37,546 nt of DNA from Octopus bimaculoides. Taxonomy: Eukaryota. Location of the stretch: the NCBI RefSeq assembly GCF_001194135.2, contig NC_068981.1, forward strand, positions 14,821,911-14,859,456, in the 5' to 3' direction. The position numbers and the translations under genes are program-made. Positions 24,647 to 37,546 of the stretch are shown here, piece after piece. Under the pieces are notes generated by a model. That model did not search any database, was not told where the DNA came from, and worked only from the letters and a program-made list of their open reading frames with translations. Each line of letters opens with the position of its first letter. Positions within the stretch are counted from its first letter, which is position 1.

Positions 24647-25561
24647 TAAGCTTAAACTAAGCTAACCTCGAAAAAGACAAAGACCCCCAGATCAACGATC
24701 TCTGGTGGCAAGAACAGCTGAGAAAAACGGCGATGATGATGAATGATGTGTAGAATGAGTCTGTTCGAAGTGATAATTAGTAATGAAATATAATTTTACA
24801 TACATGCTGATAACTCAGTAATGACATTGTTAAAGCTTGTCCATTGCATTTGCAACATATGAATGCACGAAGTCTACAATAATGAATGCTGCAAATACAT
24901 TTCCTTGCATTTATCTATTTGTGCATTTCAAATATCCATTTGTAAGTGAATGCAATGCATGTATTTCAGCGTAAATCTCTTCTGGGGTATCGATTGAACG
25001 TATTGAGAATAAAGCATAGGTTCAGAGGCCTGTTTCTGTGTGCAATGTCAAATTATATATTGAGCCAGATTGAGAGATGTTTAACGCTTGTTTGATTTTT
25101 ACAATATAATGGGACGTCCTTCAGCATGCTGTATGCTTGGGATGAGAAATTTAATTGTTGCCATTACTTCCTACCAGAAGAACCAACAAAGCGTAAAAGA
25201 TTCCCATGTATCACACACTGATATTTCAGAGCATAAAAAAAACAACAGTATCTGCCGTTACTAGATTGATTTTCGTTCGTATTGTAGTAACCTCAACGTA
25301 CAATAAGAGCAAGAAAATAGCTACTCGTTAATCTAAGCAAATTCACAATGCAATAACATATATCTAAACACAACGCTTGTATCGAAAATGGCGGTATATT
25401 TTCATTTTGCTTTTTCTTAAATCACAATATTCGAGTATCATAATATTATACAAACACATAAAATCTTTAGTGCCGCGTTGAAAATAACTTACAGTATTTG
25501 CTCAAATTCCTTAAAGGAAAATTTCAAATGACGCTGAAATGAAGGTTGTCATTGGAATGGA

Positions 25562-26091
25562 NNNNNNNNNNNNNNNNNNNNNNNNNNNNNNNNNNNNNNN
25601 NNNNNNNNNNNNNNNNNNNNNNNNNNNNNNNNNNNNNNNNNNNNNNNNNNNNNNNNNNNNNNNNNNNNNNNNNNNNNNNNNNNNNNNNNNNNNNNNNNNN
25701 NNNNNNNNNNNNNNNNNNNNNNNNNNNNNNNNNNNNNNNNNNNNNNNNNNNNNNNNNNNNNNNNNNNNNNNNNNNNNNNNNNNNNNNNNNNNNNNNNNNN
25801 NNNNNNNNNNNNNNNNNNNNNNNNNNNNNNNNNNNNNNNNNNNNNNNNNNNNNNNNNNNNNNNNNNNNNNNNNNNNNNNNNNNNNNNNNNNNNNNNNNNN
25901 NNNNNNNNNNNNNNNNNNNNNNNNNNNNNNNNNNNNNNNNNNNNNNNNNNNNNNNNNNNNNNNNNNNNNNNNNNNNNNNNNNNNNNNNNNNNNNNNNNNN
26001 NNNNNNNNNNNNNNNNNNNNNNNNNNNNNNNNNNNNNNNNNNNNNNNNNNNNNNNNNNNNNNNNNNNNNNNNNNNNNNNNNNNNNNNNNNN
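25562..26091. other. Assembly gap
   Basis: Continuous N. Confidence 0.99.
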
Positions 26092-26143
<52 letters not shown>

Positions 26144-26470
26144 TATCCGAAAATACATACACATGTATGTAAGTTTGTGTGCGTGCGTGCTGTTGGGGTG
26201 CTGAATAAACTGTATTATTTGAATATTTGTCGGTTTCTTTTGTGAATTCCTTACGACGATAAATTTGTAATCAACAGTAAGAAAACTATCTTCAGCGACA
26301 GGTCACTGAATGTCAGTCTGGCAAATTAAATTTACGCAAAAATGATATTCGTTCAATGTGTATTTTGAAATATGTGTAGTACTTAACTACCTGCTCCATT
26401 ACTTTTAGCCACAAGTCCAAAGTTTTATGAAAGAAAAAAAAAACAGGGTAGCAGTGACAACTGCACACCT

Positions 26471-26758
26471 TCTACCTAAAGCCAGGCGCATAAGAATGGC
26501 CAGTGAAAATGTGATCATATTCGTGGTGCTCCTGCATGGCCACATACATCGGGCTGAAATATATAAAAAATATTAAAAAATAATGATCAGCATATATACT
26601 GGAGTTCTGCAGTAGCGATGAATTTCGATAAGGGACAGAGTGCATAGAATCTGACCAGCAGTCTATAGCACGATCATATTGGATTTCTGTTATACATATG
26701 TTTGTATCCGTAGACATACACAAACACATATATATACATAGAGATATGTGTATACATA

Positions 26759-26789
<31 letters not shown>

Positions 26790-27203
26790 GTNNNNNNNNN
26801 NNNNNNNNNNNNNNNNNNNNNNNNNNNNNNNNNNNNNNNNNNNNNNNNNNNNNNNNNNNNNNNNNNNNNNNNNNNNNNNNNNNNNNNNNNNNNNNNNNNN
26901 NNNNNNNNNNNNNNNNNNNNNNNNNNNNNNNNNTCTACCTAAAGCCAGGCGCATAAGAATGGCCAGTGAAAATGTGATCATATTCGTGGTGCTCCTGCAT
27001 GGCCACATACATCGGGCTGAAATATATAAAAAATATTAAAAAATAATGATCAGCATATATACTGGAGTTCTGCAGTAGCGATGAATTTCGATAAGGGACA
27101 GAGTGCATAGAATCTGACCAGCAGTCTATAGCACGATCATATTGGATTTCTGTTATACATATGTTTGTATCCGTAGACATACACAAACACATATATATAC
27201 ATA
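26471..27203 (+). repeat. 270-bp exact direct duplication (26471-26740 = 26934-27203) across gap 26792-26933
   Basis: Both copies read identically from tctacctaaagcc to ...atatatacata; the second starts exactly at the gap edge. Confidence 0.92.
26476..26553 (-). CDS. Candidate 78-nt exon (repeated at 26939-27016)
   Basis: Minus acceptor tttttaatattttttatatatttcag|, donor |gtagaag, length divisible by 3, two open frames (PMYVAMQEHHEYDHIFTGHSYAPGF or RCMWPCRSTTNMITFSLAILMRLAL), elevated GC. Confidence 0.35.
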
Positions 27204-27439
27204 TATACCTATTTAAACATATGTAAGTAAATCATCCAGACTCACAATTGGCGTGTTTTGAGTAACCATGTTGTCTGTACTCACCCTAGTTCAGTTCTCG
27301 GTGAAATACAAGCAGAAGATTCTACACCACGATGTTACTTGAACGAATTGAAAATAACAAGCTTTGATACAGACGTATAGTCGTTAAAGTCATCAGGCTT
27401 TACCTTTGTTTACCTTGACTGTGAAAGGCAGTAGGTAGG

Positions 27440-27775
27440 TTAATTATTTCAGTCATTAGACGCTGGCCATGCTAGGGCACTGCTTTGAAAAATATTAGTC
27501 AAGCGAATCGAATTGACTCCAGTACGTATTGCTTAAAATTTGGGACTTACTATATATTTAGCCGTTTCGGGGAAGTAAACAGACCAACACCGGTTGTGAA
27601 TTGGGAGTGCGACAAAACACTGACACGAAGATACATGCACGCAGATATGTAGGATGGACTTAATTACGTAATTCAATCACAGTTAGAAGTCACTTCCCCA
27701 ATATATCATACAGAAGAAATGAAACCTGGACACATGTGGTTCCGAGGCGAGAAGAATTAGTCAACCAAGCGTGAA
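27440..27775 (-). mobile_element. Highly decayed SINE of the 20658 family
   Basis: ggccatgctagggcac, gtaaacagaccaacaccggttg, aagtcacttccccaa and catgtggtt correspond to the reverse complement of parts of 20658-21223. Confidence 0.55.
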
Positions 27776-28097
27776 ATGAATAACATTTAATAAACACCTT
27801 ATTTGAATGTGAGCTATAATATGTTTCAGGCTCCGAGATTGTAGTGGTCGGATGGATTCTTATTCGAAATTAAAAGATTGAAGTAGATGCATGCTGCAGA
27901 TGCTTTTCCGATTATTGTACCGTGGAGCATGGAATTTATGGTAGCTTACAATTAATATACTTTGTACACTCGCATGCACAAAAGCATACAGACACACACA
28001 AAACGTACAACAGTGAGCGAGTGAAGGAAACACAGACACACGTGTAAGACTGTATGTATAAACTGTAGGCCAATGTTGTGAGTATCACACAGTACAA

Positions 28098-28188
28098 TAC
28101 ACACACACACACACAAACACAGACGCGCATACGTATACATACATACGTACATACATACATACGTACATACATACATACATACATACAT
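28098..28188. repeat. (CA)n/(TACA)n microsatellite
   Basis: Directly visible. Confidence 0.9.
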
Positions 28189-28825
28189 AAAGATTGAGAG
28201 AAAAGAACTCAGTCGATTTTGATTTTTGAGACATTTCAGTGCACTGGAAACGCAAATGCCTTTTATGTATATAACCGTATTATATCCGAGGAGATTAGTT
28301 ATCTTCTAACAGTACGATTACGACCGAGCCGACTTCATTTGATCTATATATTACTGGTGATAAAATGTGGATTTGGATATCCAATAAATACATATTTTCC
28401 TTTGATACTTCAAAGAACATATGCGCCGAGAATGTTTTGGTCAAGATAACTTGATAGTGTAATTCTTTCCATACATAGTTTTTTTCTGAAATTGAAAGTC
28501 ACGTATTTGCACTTACATTACAGTAATTGGAGGAAGAAAGATGTGGCTTTCAAGTTCAAGTCCAGAATCCGATGTTTCGATCTGTTAGGCAATTTATTGG
28601 TATTAAAGCGTGACAGAATGGAAATAGGATTTCCTGCATGTATATTATATATATGCTATTTTATATATCAACCCATAGAGTCAAATGCATGTAAAAACAC
28701 ACTCACATACACACACGCAAACACATTAAAATACGTATGCACATACATATACATACATAAACATACATCGACACTTACACGCATATGCGCGCGCGTGTGT
28801 GTATGCATACATATACATAAATACC

Positions 28826-29057
28826 GGGCAGCGAGCTGGCAGAATAGTTAGCACACCGAGCAAAATGTTGCGCGGCATCTCGTCTGCTGTTACATTCTAA
28901 GATCAAATTCTGCCGAGGTCGACTTAGTCTTTCATTCTTTCGGGGTCGAATTAAATAAATACCAATTAAATACTGGAGTGGATTGAATCGATTTAATCCC
29001 TTTGTCAGTCCTTGTTTATCCCCTCTATATTTAACCCCTTGTGGGCAATAAAGAAAT
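28826..29057 (+). mobile_element. tRNA-type SINE (same family as 17898-18098)
   Basis: gcgagctggcagaatagttagcacaccg ... aaattctgccgaggtcgact ... tttcggggtcga ... gtgggcaataaagaaata, followed by (TA)n. Confidence 0.85.
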
Positions 29058-29063
29058 ACACAA

Positions 29064-29127
<64 letters not shown>

Positions 29128-29155
29128 ATGTGTATGCTCATATACATGCATACAT

Positions 29156-29186
<31 letters not shown>

Positions 29187-29219
29187 CTCATACACATATG
29201 TCTATAGATATATACACAC

Positions 29220-29250
<31 letters not shown>

Positions 29251-29352
29251 TATGCTTTTGCTACGTTATACTGCCTTGCATGCACACACACGCACACGCA
29301 TACACACACATTCACTCACACGCATACACCCACCCCCACACACACATGCACA
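29058..29352. repeat. Compound (TA)/(TG)/(CA) microsatellite
   Basis: Directly visible. Confidence 0.9.
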
Positions 29353-29934
29353 CACCACGAAAGTAAGAGAGGTGGATTTACAAAGCAGGAGCTTGAATAC
29401 GTTCTCTGGCGTAGATTAGGCATCTCCCTGTTTGAGGATTTGTTTTAAGAACAAGAAAAGTCCTACAACTAATTTTTGCAACTAATTTTAGCATTTGAGT
29501 TCTGGTATCTAGTTTTCTATAATTTTTCGTGATTAACTTTGCCTTTCTCAAGGTACCAATAAGGGCGGTGTTATTTCGAAATTGTTAAAGCGTCGGAGAG
29601 GAGACACTTGAATATTTCTTTCTATGTTACAACTGAGTTCACGCACTATCATGGCGTACATGTGAATAAACGTTCATTTGCCGAGCTGTTTAACACGACA
29701 GTTGTCATTAGCGGTGTCTACTCTGTTGCAAAAGGGGTGAAAAGTTTCTCGTCAGAACAGGTTCTAGTAAAAAATTACCCCCTCTTCCTGCTATGAGATT
29801 CATTGTCGTTAACGACCTGTGAAAATGTGTGCTGCGTTTCCAATTCCAATTACATATATACCGACGCACACAAACATGAACAAATTCATGTTCGTATTTA
29901 TTTATTTCTTTATTTTTCGGGCGCTTTGCAAGTC

Positions 29935-30140
29935 AATGAGCTGGCAGAACATTTAGCACACCGACCAAACAGTTTAGCAGTATTTCGCCAGTTTTAAGTT
30001 CCGAGTTCCAATTTCGCCGTTGTTGACTTTGCCTTTCAACATTTTGAAGTCAAAACAACTAGTATCAATTGACCATTGGATTCGATATAATCGACAAACC
30101 CTACCCTAAAAAATTGTCGGTTTTCTACAAAAATTTGAAA
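29935..30140 (+). mobile_element. Older decayed copy of the same SINE family
   Basis: gagctggcagaacatttagcacaccg ... gagttccaatttcgccg ... gactttgcctttca ... tcgatataatcgac. Confidence 0.75.
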
Positions 30141-30924
30141 CCGTTATTGTTTTGCATATACTGTATATCAGTTTCATAAATATTTTTTTTAATTTTCATT
30201 AAATTATTGTAATCTAGAAACATTTTGCTCATGAATTATACTGTAAACTAATGCTCAAAAGCATATGCTCTCTTACTATGAAGACACGTTTCCAAATATT
30301 TACGCCCTGAGCTCTATTAATGTCTCTTCGGATGCGGTACATAAATCACTCAAGTACGAGTCGGTTATCCTTCTACTGCATCTAAACAGAGAAAGCTGCT
30401 GGCCTTGCCTAATTTAGAAAAAAAATATTATGTGTATAGTGACTAATATTACATTAATTTATTGAATATCTTTGTCCCTAGTAGGTCATTCGATTGTTTA
30501 AACTCACATGCGTGACAGAAAAGGAGCCTAAATTACAACGCATTACGAAACGATCTTCAGCATGTTTAGGGTATATTACGTTAATCATATTTTTCTGGGT
30601 TGTTATTTTAGAACTCGGGATACTGTTGAGAAAAATGCCAGTAGAGTGTTGGCATATCCTTTACGTTTCAAAATCAGAACACTCCACAATCAAAACTCCC
30701 TCCTATAAACCTCATTGCCTCTAGAGATGTGGTCGATATAACTGACGGTTCCGTCCGTATATTTCTATTTAATAATAGTAATAGTATTTCTAATAATAAT
30801 ACGCTATATGCTTTGGGTTATCACCCAATGCATTATCTGCATAATTTCATATGCTTCATATATTTTTAACATAAATTTAAATGTGAAATTGTTACATTCT
30901 AAATATTTGTTTGGTATATATCAG

Positions 30925-31000
30925 AAAATATACTCCAACGTTTAATATTAATTTACGAATACGTGCTGAGACAGGAGACTATATTACATTGAATTGCCAG
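30925..31000 (+). CDS. Candidate exon encoding an Ig-like domain start (KYTPTFNINLRIRAETGDYITLNCQ)
   Basis: atatatcag| acceptor, consensus CAG|gtaagc donor, open frame with a Y-x-P-x-F ... G-x-x-I-T-L-x-C pattern like Ig strands A/A'/B. Confidence 0.45.
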
Positions 31001-31862
31001 GTAAGCGATTCTAGGGACACCAGCTTAAAATCAGACACATTTGGAGAGTGATAATTTAATTCCAAGATATCTTGTTACTACAGCAAGGCGCTTGTTGTAC
31101 GTATGTATCAATATGCGTAAATCGTCCATGAATACCTAAAATAGGCTATGAATATTCTATATTAAACGCTTATATTCTCTGAGTGCATATGTGCTTGTAA
31201 ATCATTATTTAATTGGAACCTTAGAAACTTTACTTAAAATCATTTCTGATAAATTGAACACAACATATTCATTTAAAACGCAGATTTCCGGGTCTTATAT
31301 TAATAACATTTCAACATGTTAGGTAGCTTTCAATATGTATCTAATCTAAGTTATTGAAGCAAACACTTATAATTTGGTCGGTTTCTTCTGAAAGCATACA
31401 GGATTATATTGGCAATCCTACGAAAAATCTTGATTGAGTTAATAAATATAATTACCATCATTAATGTGCAATGAGAGCTACCAGAAGATGATTCAAGAGT
31501 GATATTAATATTTTTATTACTATTGATATTATTATTTCTATTATCATAATTAATATTATTTTCGGTAGTAGTAGTTATAATAGCTTTAGTTCAGTAAATC
31601 CATGCGTTTATCATCAGTGTGTAAAGTCAATAATCTGTTGAAGTAGCACTTTTCACTTCGTTTGCGTTGTTCTTACAATTCATATTACTTCTAATCTTAA
31701 ATCAAGATAGTGATCTCCAACTGCGTTATGGCATTAGCTTCGTTAGTTTCATTTTCTAGTGGCTGGAATCTCTGCAGTATTAATATTTCCAATTCCTTGC
31801 CACATGGAATACAGCTTTAATAGTATAGAGCAATTATATATATATATGTGTGTGTGTATGTG

Positions 31863-31893
<31 letters not shown>

Positions 31894-31919
31894 TTGTGTG
31901 TGTATGCATATATATATAT

Positions 31920-32222
31920 NNNNNNNNNNNNNNNNNNNNNNNNNNNNNNNNNNNNNNNNNNNNNNNNNNNNNNNNNNNNNNNNNNNNNNNNNNNNNNNNN
32001 NNNNNNNNNNNNNNNNNNNNNNNNNNNNNNNNNNNNNNNNNNNNNNNNNNNNNNNNNNNNNNNNNNNNNNNNNNNNNNNNNNNNNNNNNNNNNNNNNNNN
32101 NNNNNNNNNNNNNNNNNNNNNNNNNNNNNNNNNNNNNNNNNNNNNNNNNNNNNNNNNNNNNNNNNNNNNNNNNNNNNNNNNNNNNNNNNNNNNNNNNNNN
32201 NNNNNNNNNNNNNNNNNNNNNN
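31920..32222. other. Assembly gap flanked by (TG)/(TA) repeats
   Basis: Continuous N. Confidence 0.99.
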
Positions 32223-32466
32223 TATATATATATACAAGAATTAGGAGAATGATATAATGGTAAGAATAATGTTAGTTCTAGTGGTGATGAAAGCGTTGTG
32301 CTATAGCTAGCAAAGAATTGTTTTGGGGAAACGAGACGTATGTTACCTCAACCAATGTGGTCCACGTAAATAGTACTGATGCATGATGGTAGCGAATTTC
32401 CCATTCTGATTATATAAAGTCAAGCATCATCATAGAAAGAAATGTCATCATTCAAAGATGTCACAG

Positions 32467-32692
32467 CTGCTGCTGCTGCTGCTGCTGTTGCTGCTGCCAT
32501 GGTTGCTGTTGCTAAAAGAGCTAATGAAGTGGGTGAGATTCTTATGATACTGGTCTTGGTGGGTGTAGTCACATTGATGTGTGTTGTGAAGTATTGTGGT
32601 GGTGGTGGTGGTTGTGACGATGATGATGATGATGATAGTAATGATAATTGTGGTGATGATGATTATGATGATGATGATGATGATGATGATGA
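32467..32692. repeat. (GCT)n, (GGT)n and (GAT)n trinucleotide low-complexity tract
   Basis: Directly visible; produces the poly-A/G/D/H/M ORFs. Confidence 0.9.
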
Positions 32693-33436
32693 TAGACCGT
32701 CAAAATAAAGGCCCGGACGTTATTCGTCATGTACAGCAAATAAACCCAAAAGAGCATAAATGGAAACGTAAGGAATATAGTTCAGTCCTACACGCTTATT
32801 TTACAGCAGTGCTCTACACTGAGAGCGAAAACATCACAACATATACATATACAATCTGGAAGAAAAATAACCAAAATAAAGATTTGGATACAACAATGAA
32901 CTATAATAAACTCTGTTTTCAGTATTAAAAAAATGTTTACCTTTGTTAATACGAAGTATAGACAACGTAAATTGCCTACGAGACGATGCTGTGCGTTTTA
33001 CGATAGTTCCTACATTTATTGACAAACACATTTTGTTTAGTAACTAGATGAATTTGTATTCTATGACAAGTTGAATATGCATATTACATTTATGAGAGCA
33101 AATCAAAGAACATAACGTAAACACTGTGAAATAAATTGAGGCTATATATATTCATAATCGATTAATTACGAAAAGGGCTTATACAATTAATATACTCATG
33201 ACATCTGTGGGTGTGGATATACGTTCAAATGTTCCAACAATATCTAAATAAAGTACCTGAAGTGATGACTCTTTATAAATGCATTGTTTTTTTCTTTTAA
33301 ATTATTTCTTTGTCTGATGTGAAAGCTGATCCTTGTTGCTGAAATATTTAGTCAAGTTAGTCACTTATGAGAAAATAGGAAATAATTGTAATAGTCAACA
33401 TTTCACTTAGTCAATATACACTTACGTTCTACCTAC

Positions 33437-33629
33437 CAGAATATTCTTTCTCTATATATGATTCTATCAAGACGGCAACTTTAGTAAATGTTACCATATC
33501 AGTGTGTATGCACGCAGTGACATCAGCTTTCAAAAGTTTCGACTCTATGTAAATAATAGCTCCCAGCTGTTTACTGATGTCTTTGATATTTTTGTTTGAG
33601 ATATCGATCTGAATTATTTTCTTATATTT
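33437..33629 (-). CDS. Candidate 193-nt exon (KYKKIIQIDISNK...VLIESYIEKEYS), product unknown
   Basis: 64 open non-repetitive codons bounded by aacag| and |gtaggt; the acceptor tract is weak and no homolog is recognised. Confidence 0.22.
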
Positions 33630-34554
33630 CTGTTTCAATGAAATTATATTTCAGAAGTTTGAAGTTGCAGCGATTACATAAAAGATTTGCTTATGCTTAA
33701 TGAATTCTGTTTCATGAATAAATTATTATTCGTGTTTATCATTTATGTAATAATCTTGTTCATATTTCTTTCTAGAGGTGAAGGAAGAATGCAGACACAT
33801 ACAATAAGGAAATGGAACGCATCATATATCTGTTTTTTGTTATTTTTTGAATATAAATAAATATATATGTGTAAGTATATCCTTGTAAAATTTACACATC
33901 TCAATTTTTGAAATGGGAGAATAGTTTTGAGTTCTCTAAAATCTTTCCAGAATATTCTTAGTCGTTTTCGGTGCCTGGAATATATCTTAATAGGACACGT
34001 TGTGGAGCAGCTTTTCAACGATTAAAATATTTCAGGCAATTACTAGCGTAATTCTTCCTCAAATTGTCCGGATCAAGCTTTGACCAATTAGGGATTGTAA
34101 CATATTTCTCCTTCCGTTGGTGAGAATATTCATTAATGCCAGTGATTTTGATATTCATTGAGACAGCGGCAGAACTTTATATTCCTCACAAATTGTACTT
34201 TTCAAACGCCGAACTAGTGTATTCATTTTAATTTAAATAATTATTCAAATCTTTATATGTACTCTCCCTGTATTTTAAACCTCACAAATTCTTATATTTC
34301 TTTATACTACTAGAAGTAGGGATTAATACCGGTATACACACAGACACACAAACAAACACACGTACACATACAATTTTATTTGGTCTGGGGAGAGTCATCC
34401 CGTTTTAATACCTTATTAATTAAAACACTCACCGGTTCTATTTCAACTCATTTACTTTTATTTTTCTAAACTTTTCGTTGCTTTTTGCAATTTCCAATAG
34501 TTGTTGATTCTGTCTGTAATGGAAGCTGCGTTCGTTTTGTTTGTTTGCTTGTGC

Positions 34555-34630
34555 GCATGTGTGTGCGTCAATGTGCACGTGTATACACATATGTATGTAT
34601 GTATGTGTGTATTTTTGTATGTGTATTCAA

Positions 34631-34691
<61 letters not shown>

Positions 34692-34946
34692 CACACACAC
34701 ACACACACACATACACACACACACACATATATATATATATGTGTCTCTACGTTTCTATGTATTCTGCTTATTCATCTGTTTGTGTGTTTGTTTGTGTGTG
34801 GGTGAAGTGTGCATGTGTTTATATGGCCATGTGTTTCAGTTTCCTTTTGTGCATGTATGTGTGCTTGTCTGTCCGTGTTACTCACGTGCATCTCTACTTA
34901 AGAAAGTGTTTACTTACAAATCCATGTACCTACGTATATATATATG

Positions 34947-34984
<38 letters not shown>

Positions 34985-35011
34985 TGTGTGTGTGTGTGCG
35001 TGTGTGTGTGT
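34555..35011. repeat. Extended compound TG/TA/CA microsatellite region
   Basis: Directly visible. Confidence 0.9.
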
Positions 35012-35054
35012 ACGTCTCCATAACAGCCTACTAACAAGTCTACTTGTATATGTA

Positions 35055-36845
35055 TAAAACGTGGATATCAAGCCCTTGCTGGGCTTTGGCATATTGGTAG
35101 ACTATGGAGGACGGTTTTCTGTCGTCATATTTTCTCAAATTGTCATTTAATCTCACCGCAATACTCGTAGGTCTTTCAGCAATATAGGTGATGTTCTTTT
35201 CTTTACAAGCACCCTCTATGCACTTTATTATGTAGACTACATTTTTAGTTCTACAGTTAATGCCAGGGTTAATCTTACATACTATGCAGTTCTAATTGGT
35301 GCATGAGGTATTCTCAAATCGGTACGTCCTACATAATTGTTATCTAATGAATCTCCCTGGCTTTTCAACGATCTTAATGTTGAGTTTGGTCTCCATCAGA
35401 GCTTTCCTAAATCTTCGGGTTAGTTCTCCATGAGCTGCGGCCTCTACAAACATTACTCCTTGATATTTTTCAACCTTGTACCGTGTGTTCACCCTCTTCA
35501 CTTTGTCACAAACTCCCTGTATCCTGTTCCAGTCATCACTGGTTTCATTACATATAATACTAACTTCTTTCTAGCTCCCCTCTATACCCGAACACTATCT
35601 TTCTGATCACGTCCAGAGAATTGCATGCGGTGCATGAAGTTCTGTACGTTTCTATGCTTCATATTGTTCTCATAGTGTGGGGAATGGTTGTTCACTATCC
35701 TAACTAGGTCTGCTATGAGTATGTTGATTTTCATTTGTATCACAATGCTGCGTTCTTGCGAACAGCATATTTAGGAGTGGAGGAGCTGTACTCTTATGTT
35801 CACAGTCTCTGACCAAAGTTCAGTATCAAGTACAGAGTGTCTAATGTTAGGGCGCCTAGTGCAGTAATCTATAGTTACCTTCATACTTTAATGGATGGTG
35901 TTAGCTATGTACTGGATGATCTCCATTATGTTCCTCTCGGTTTCTACACTACATGTTACTAGAGTTTGTCCTATCTAGATTATTAATGTCATACTTATAA
36001 TAAAGCAAAACAGTTGTGGCCACATCGACACCAATGGCTGGACACTGAACCTGCATGTATAGTTTCCTTTTAAATTCTACTGTGTGGTTATTCAAGGTGT
36101 TTCTTATGCCAGCCCCAATTGCATGTGCAATCACTCTTCTCGCCTGACTGTTGTTTTCAGGGCTCGTGTAGGGTATGGTCCAACCACTTCAGTGCTCTGC
36201 AGTGCTTTTTCTTCATTGCCAGGTTGATGGTGGGTAGTCTTGTGGTTTTCAACTTTGTGACCTTTCGGGGCAGAATCTACTAAGGTCATGATTCTCTAGT
36301 TAGGTACGGTTATAGCTTAGAATAAGATAGAGGTCTAGTTCTGACGTGCTGATGTCGTGGAACTCTGCCTGAATCTCACAGATAATCTTAATGCTTTTTT
36401 CCCTGCAGACTTTATGTCTCTCGGTGGCTAGATTGAAACTTCAGCCATACAGCACACTACACAATATGCGAGGTCGATGGAGTGGTTGCAACAACTGATT
36501 CTACTGAGATGTTACTCCGTGCTCACACAGATATAATTGGACATTTCAATGACTGGCCGTAACAGCTGTGAGAGGAACGATAAACTGTAATTGCTGGATA
36601 TATTTGCTCCGCAAACAGGCCGAGTTGGGGGTCCCATAACAGGATCTAGGGAGGATTTGTGATCCTTACGTAACCCGTATACCGTAGGAACCTCGCTGCT
36701 GAAAGCTTGGACATTTTGTGCAGTCCGTTTCTTGGGTTGGATTATGTTGCACTACATTCCAATGCGTGATTTGAGATGTTTTCCCACTATTTCATCTTCC
36801 TCTGGTGCAACTATGACTATAACTACCTAGACACCGTCCATGTAT
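35055..36845 (-). mobile_element. Penelope-like element of a second lineage, RT + Cys linker + GIY-YIG, decayed
   Basis: Minus translation: VPTVYGLRKDHK, GPPTRPVCGA, ELDLYLILSYNRT, NNHTVEFKRKLYMQ..AIGVDVA, IANTIH.SMKVTIDY, FMHRMQFSG, GVMFVEA, IKIVEKPG, NCIVC, NCRTKNVVYIIKC...YIAE...RL. Confidence 0.85.
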
Positions 36846-37507
36846 GTACGCCAACTCAGCTAACTTAGAGCAGCTTAGGCATCGCATAAGCAATAATAAA
36901 GGTTCAATAACCAACCAACTGGATCTTGCTAATATTTGCATCTAAATACCAACGAAGGTAATGAATTTTGAGTAACCGTTAACATAATTTAATTTATTTT
37001 AAGGTATGGATGACTTAAGCTTACTTGTAACCTCCCCATTCTTACAAACACCAAGTACATAGCTAACTCGCTTTGTGATCATAAGTGCACCAAACATCGC
37101 GTGTGCGTATGCTCACATATCTACGGGTTCTTGTATGAGAGAGTGTACTCCCGCCATGCAGCTTGCCGGAGGGCGTTTATACACCCATATGTGTTAATGG
37201 GTACATTTAATACTTTCCTCGCTGGATTGCATGTTCATCTCTCTTTTTGCCATTTGTCATATTATTTATAAATGAAGATATTCATGCGTCTGGCTGATTT
37301 TGTCTCTACAAAACGGGAAGTTACACTGTGGAACAGTCATTTAAACGAGTTGTATTTATTTATCTCCCAACGAGGTACGTCTGCACCTTCGGATGCTACT
37401 GAACCAGTTGAGTGACCCACCCATGAGGAATCAATGCTAGATGTGCCGAAACAATTGTTGTGATTAATAATAAATTCTCGAATATTCCATTTCCGTCTTT
37501 TATTTGC

Positions 37508-37509
37508 AT

Positions 37510-37546
<37 letters not shown>
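37508..37546. repeat. (TACA)/(TA)n microsatellite
   Basis: Directly visible. Confidence 0.9.

Noticed and set aside
27285-27337. Minus-strand segment ending in a perfect |gtgagta donor
   Set aside because: Stops in all frames from the nearest good acceptor; could only be a UTR exon, and is unsupported.
34308-34460. Possible Helitron/HINE-like non-autonomous repeat starting tactag
   Set aside because: Only a vague recollection of a similar Octopus repeat; no hairpin or terminus could be demonstrated in the window.

Overview
AT-rich, microsatellite-dense metazoan genomic DNA from a gapped draft assembly (7 N-gaps). The SINE and Penelope content and the composition suggest a cephalopod, probably Octopus; this is inferred from recalled repeat families, not from a search. 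The window looks intronic or intergenic, and no complete protein-coding gene could be identified. Well-supported content: decayed retroelements (two joined R4/Dong-type RT fragments at 6.5-7.6 kb, a Penelope-like RT+GIY-YIG plus a second diverged GIY-YIG module at 15.7-17.5 kb, a CR1-type 3' fragment at 23.6-24.3 kb, a different Penelope-like lineage at 35.1-36.8 kb), seven tRNA-type SINE copies (two with clear TSDs) and many simple repeats. Structures not shown by the ORF track: a 1.42-kb non-autonomous DNA element with ~123-bp near-perfect TIRs and TA flanks; a ~215-bp diverged inverted repeat enclosing a GC-rich candidate exon; a pair of paralogous exon-like segments, one broken by a locally templated hairpin insertion; a candidate Ig-like exon; an old ~1-kb-period duplication; and a 270-bp exact duplication across a gap. 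Most long ORFs in the track are microsatellite or N artefacts. I found no convincing novel biological system; the findings are leads.
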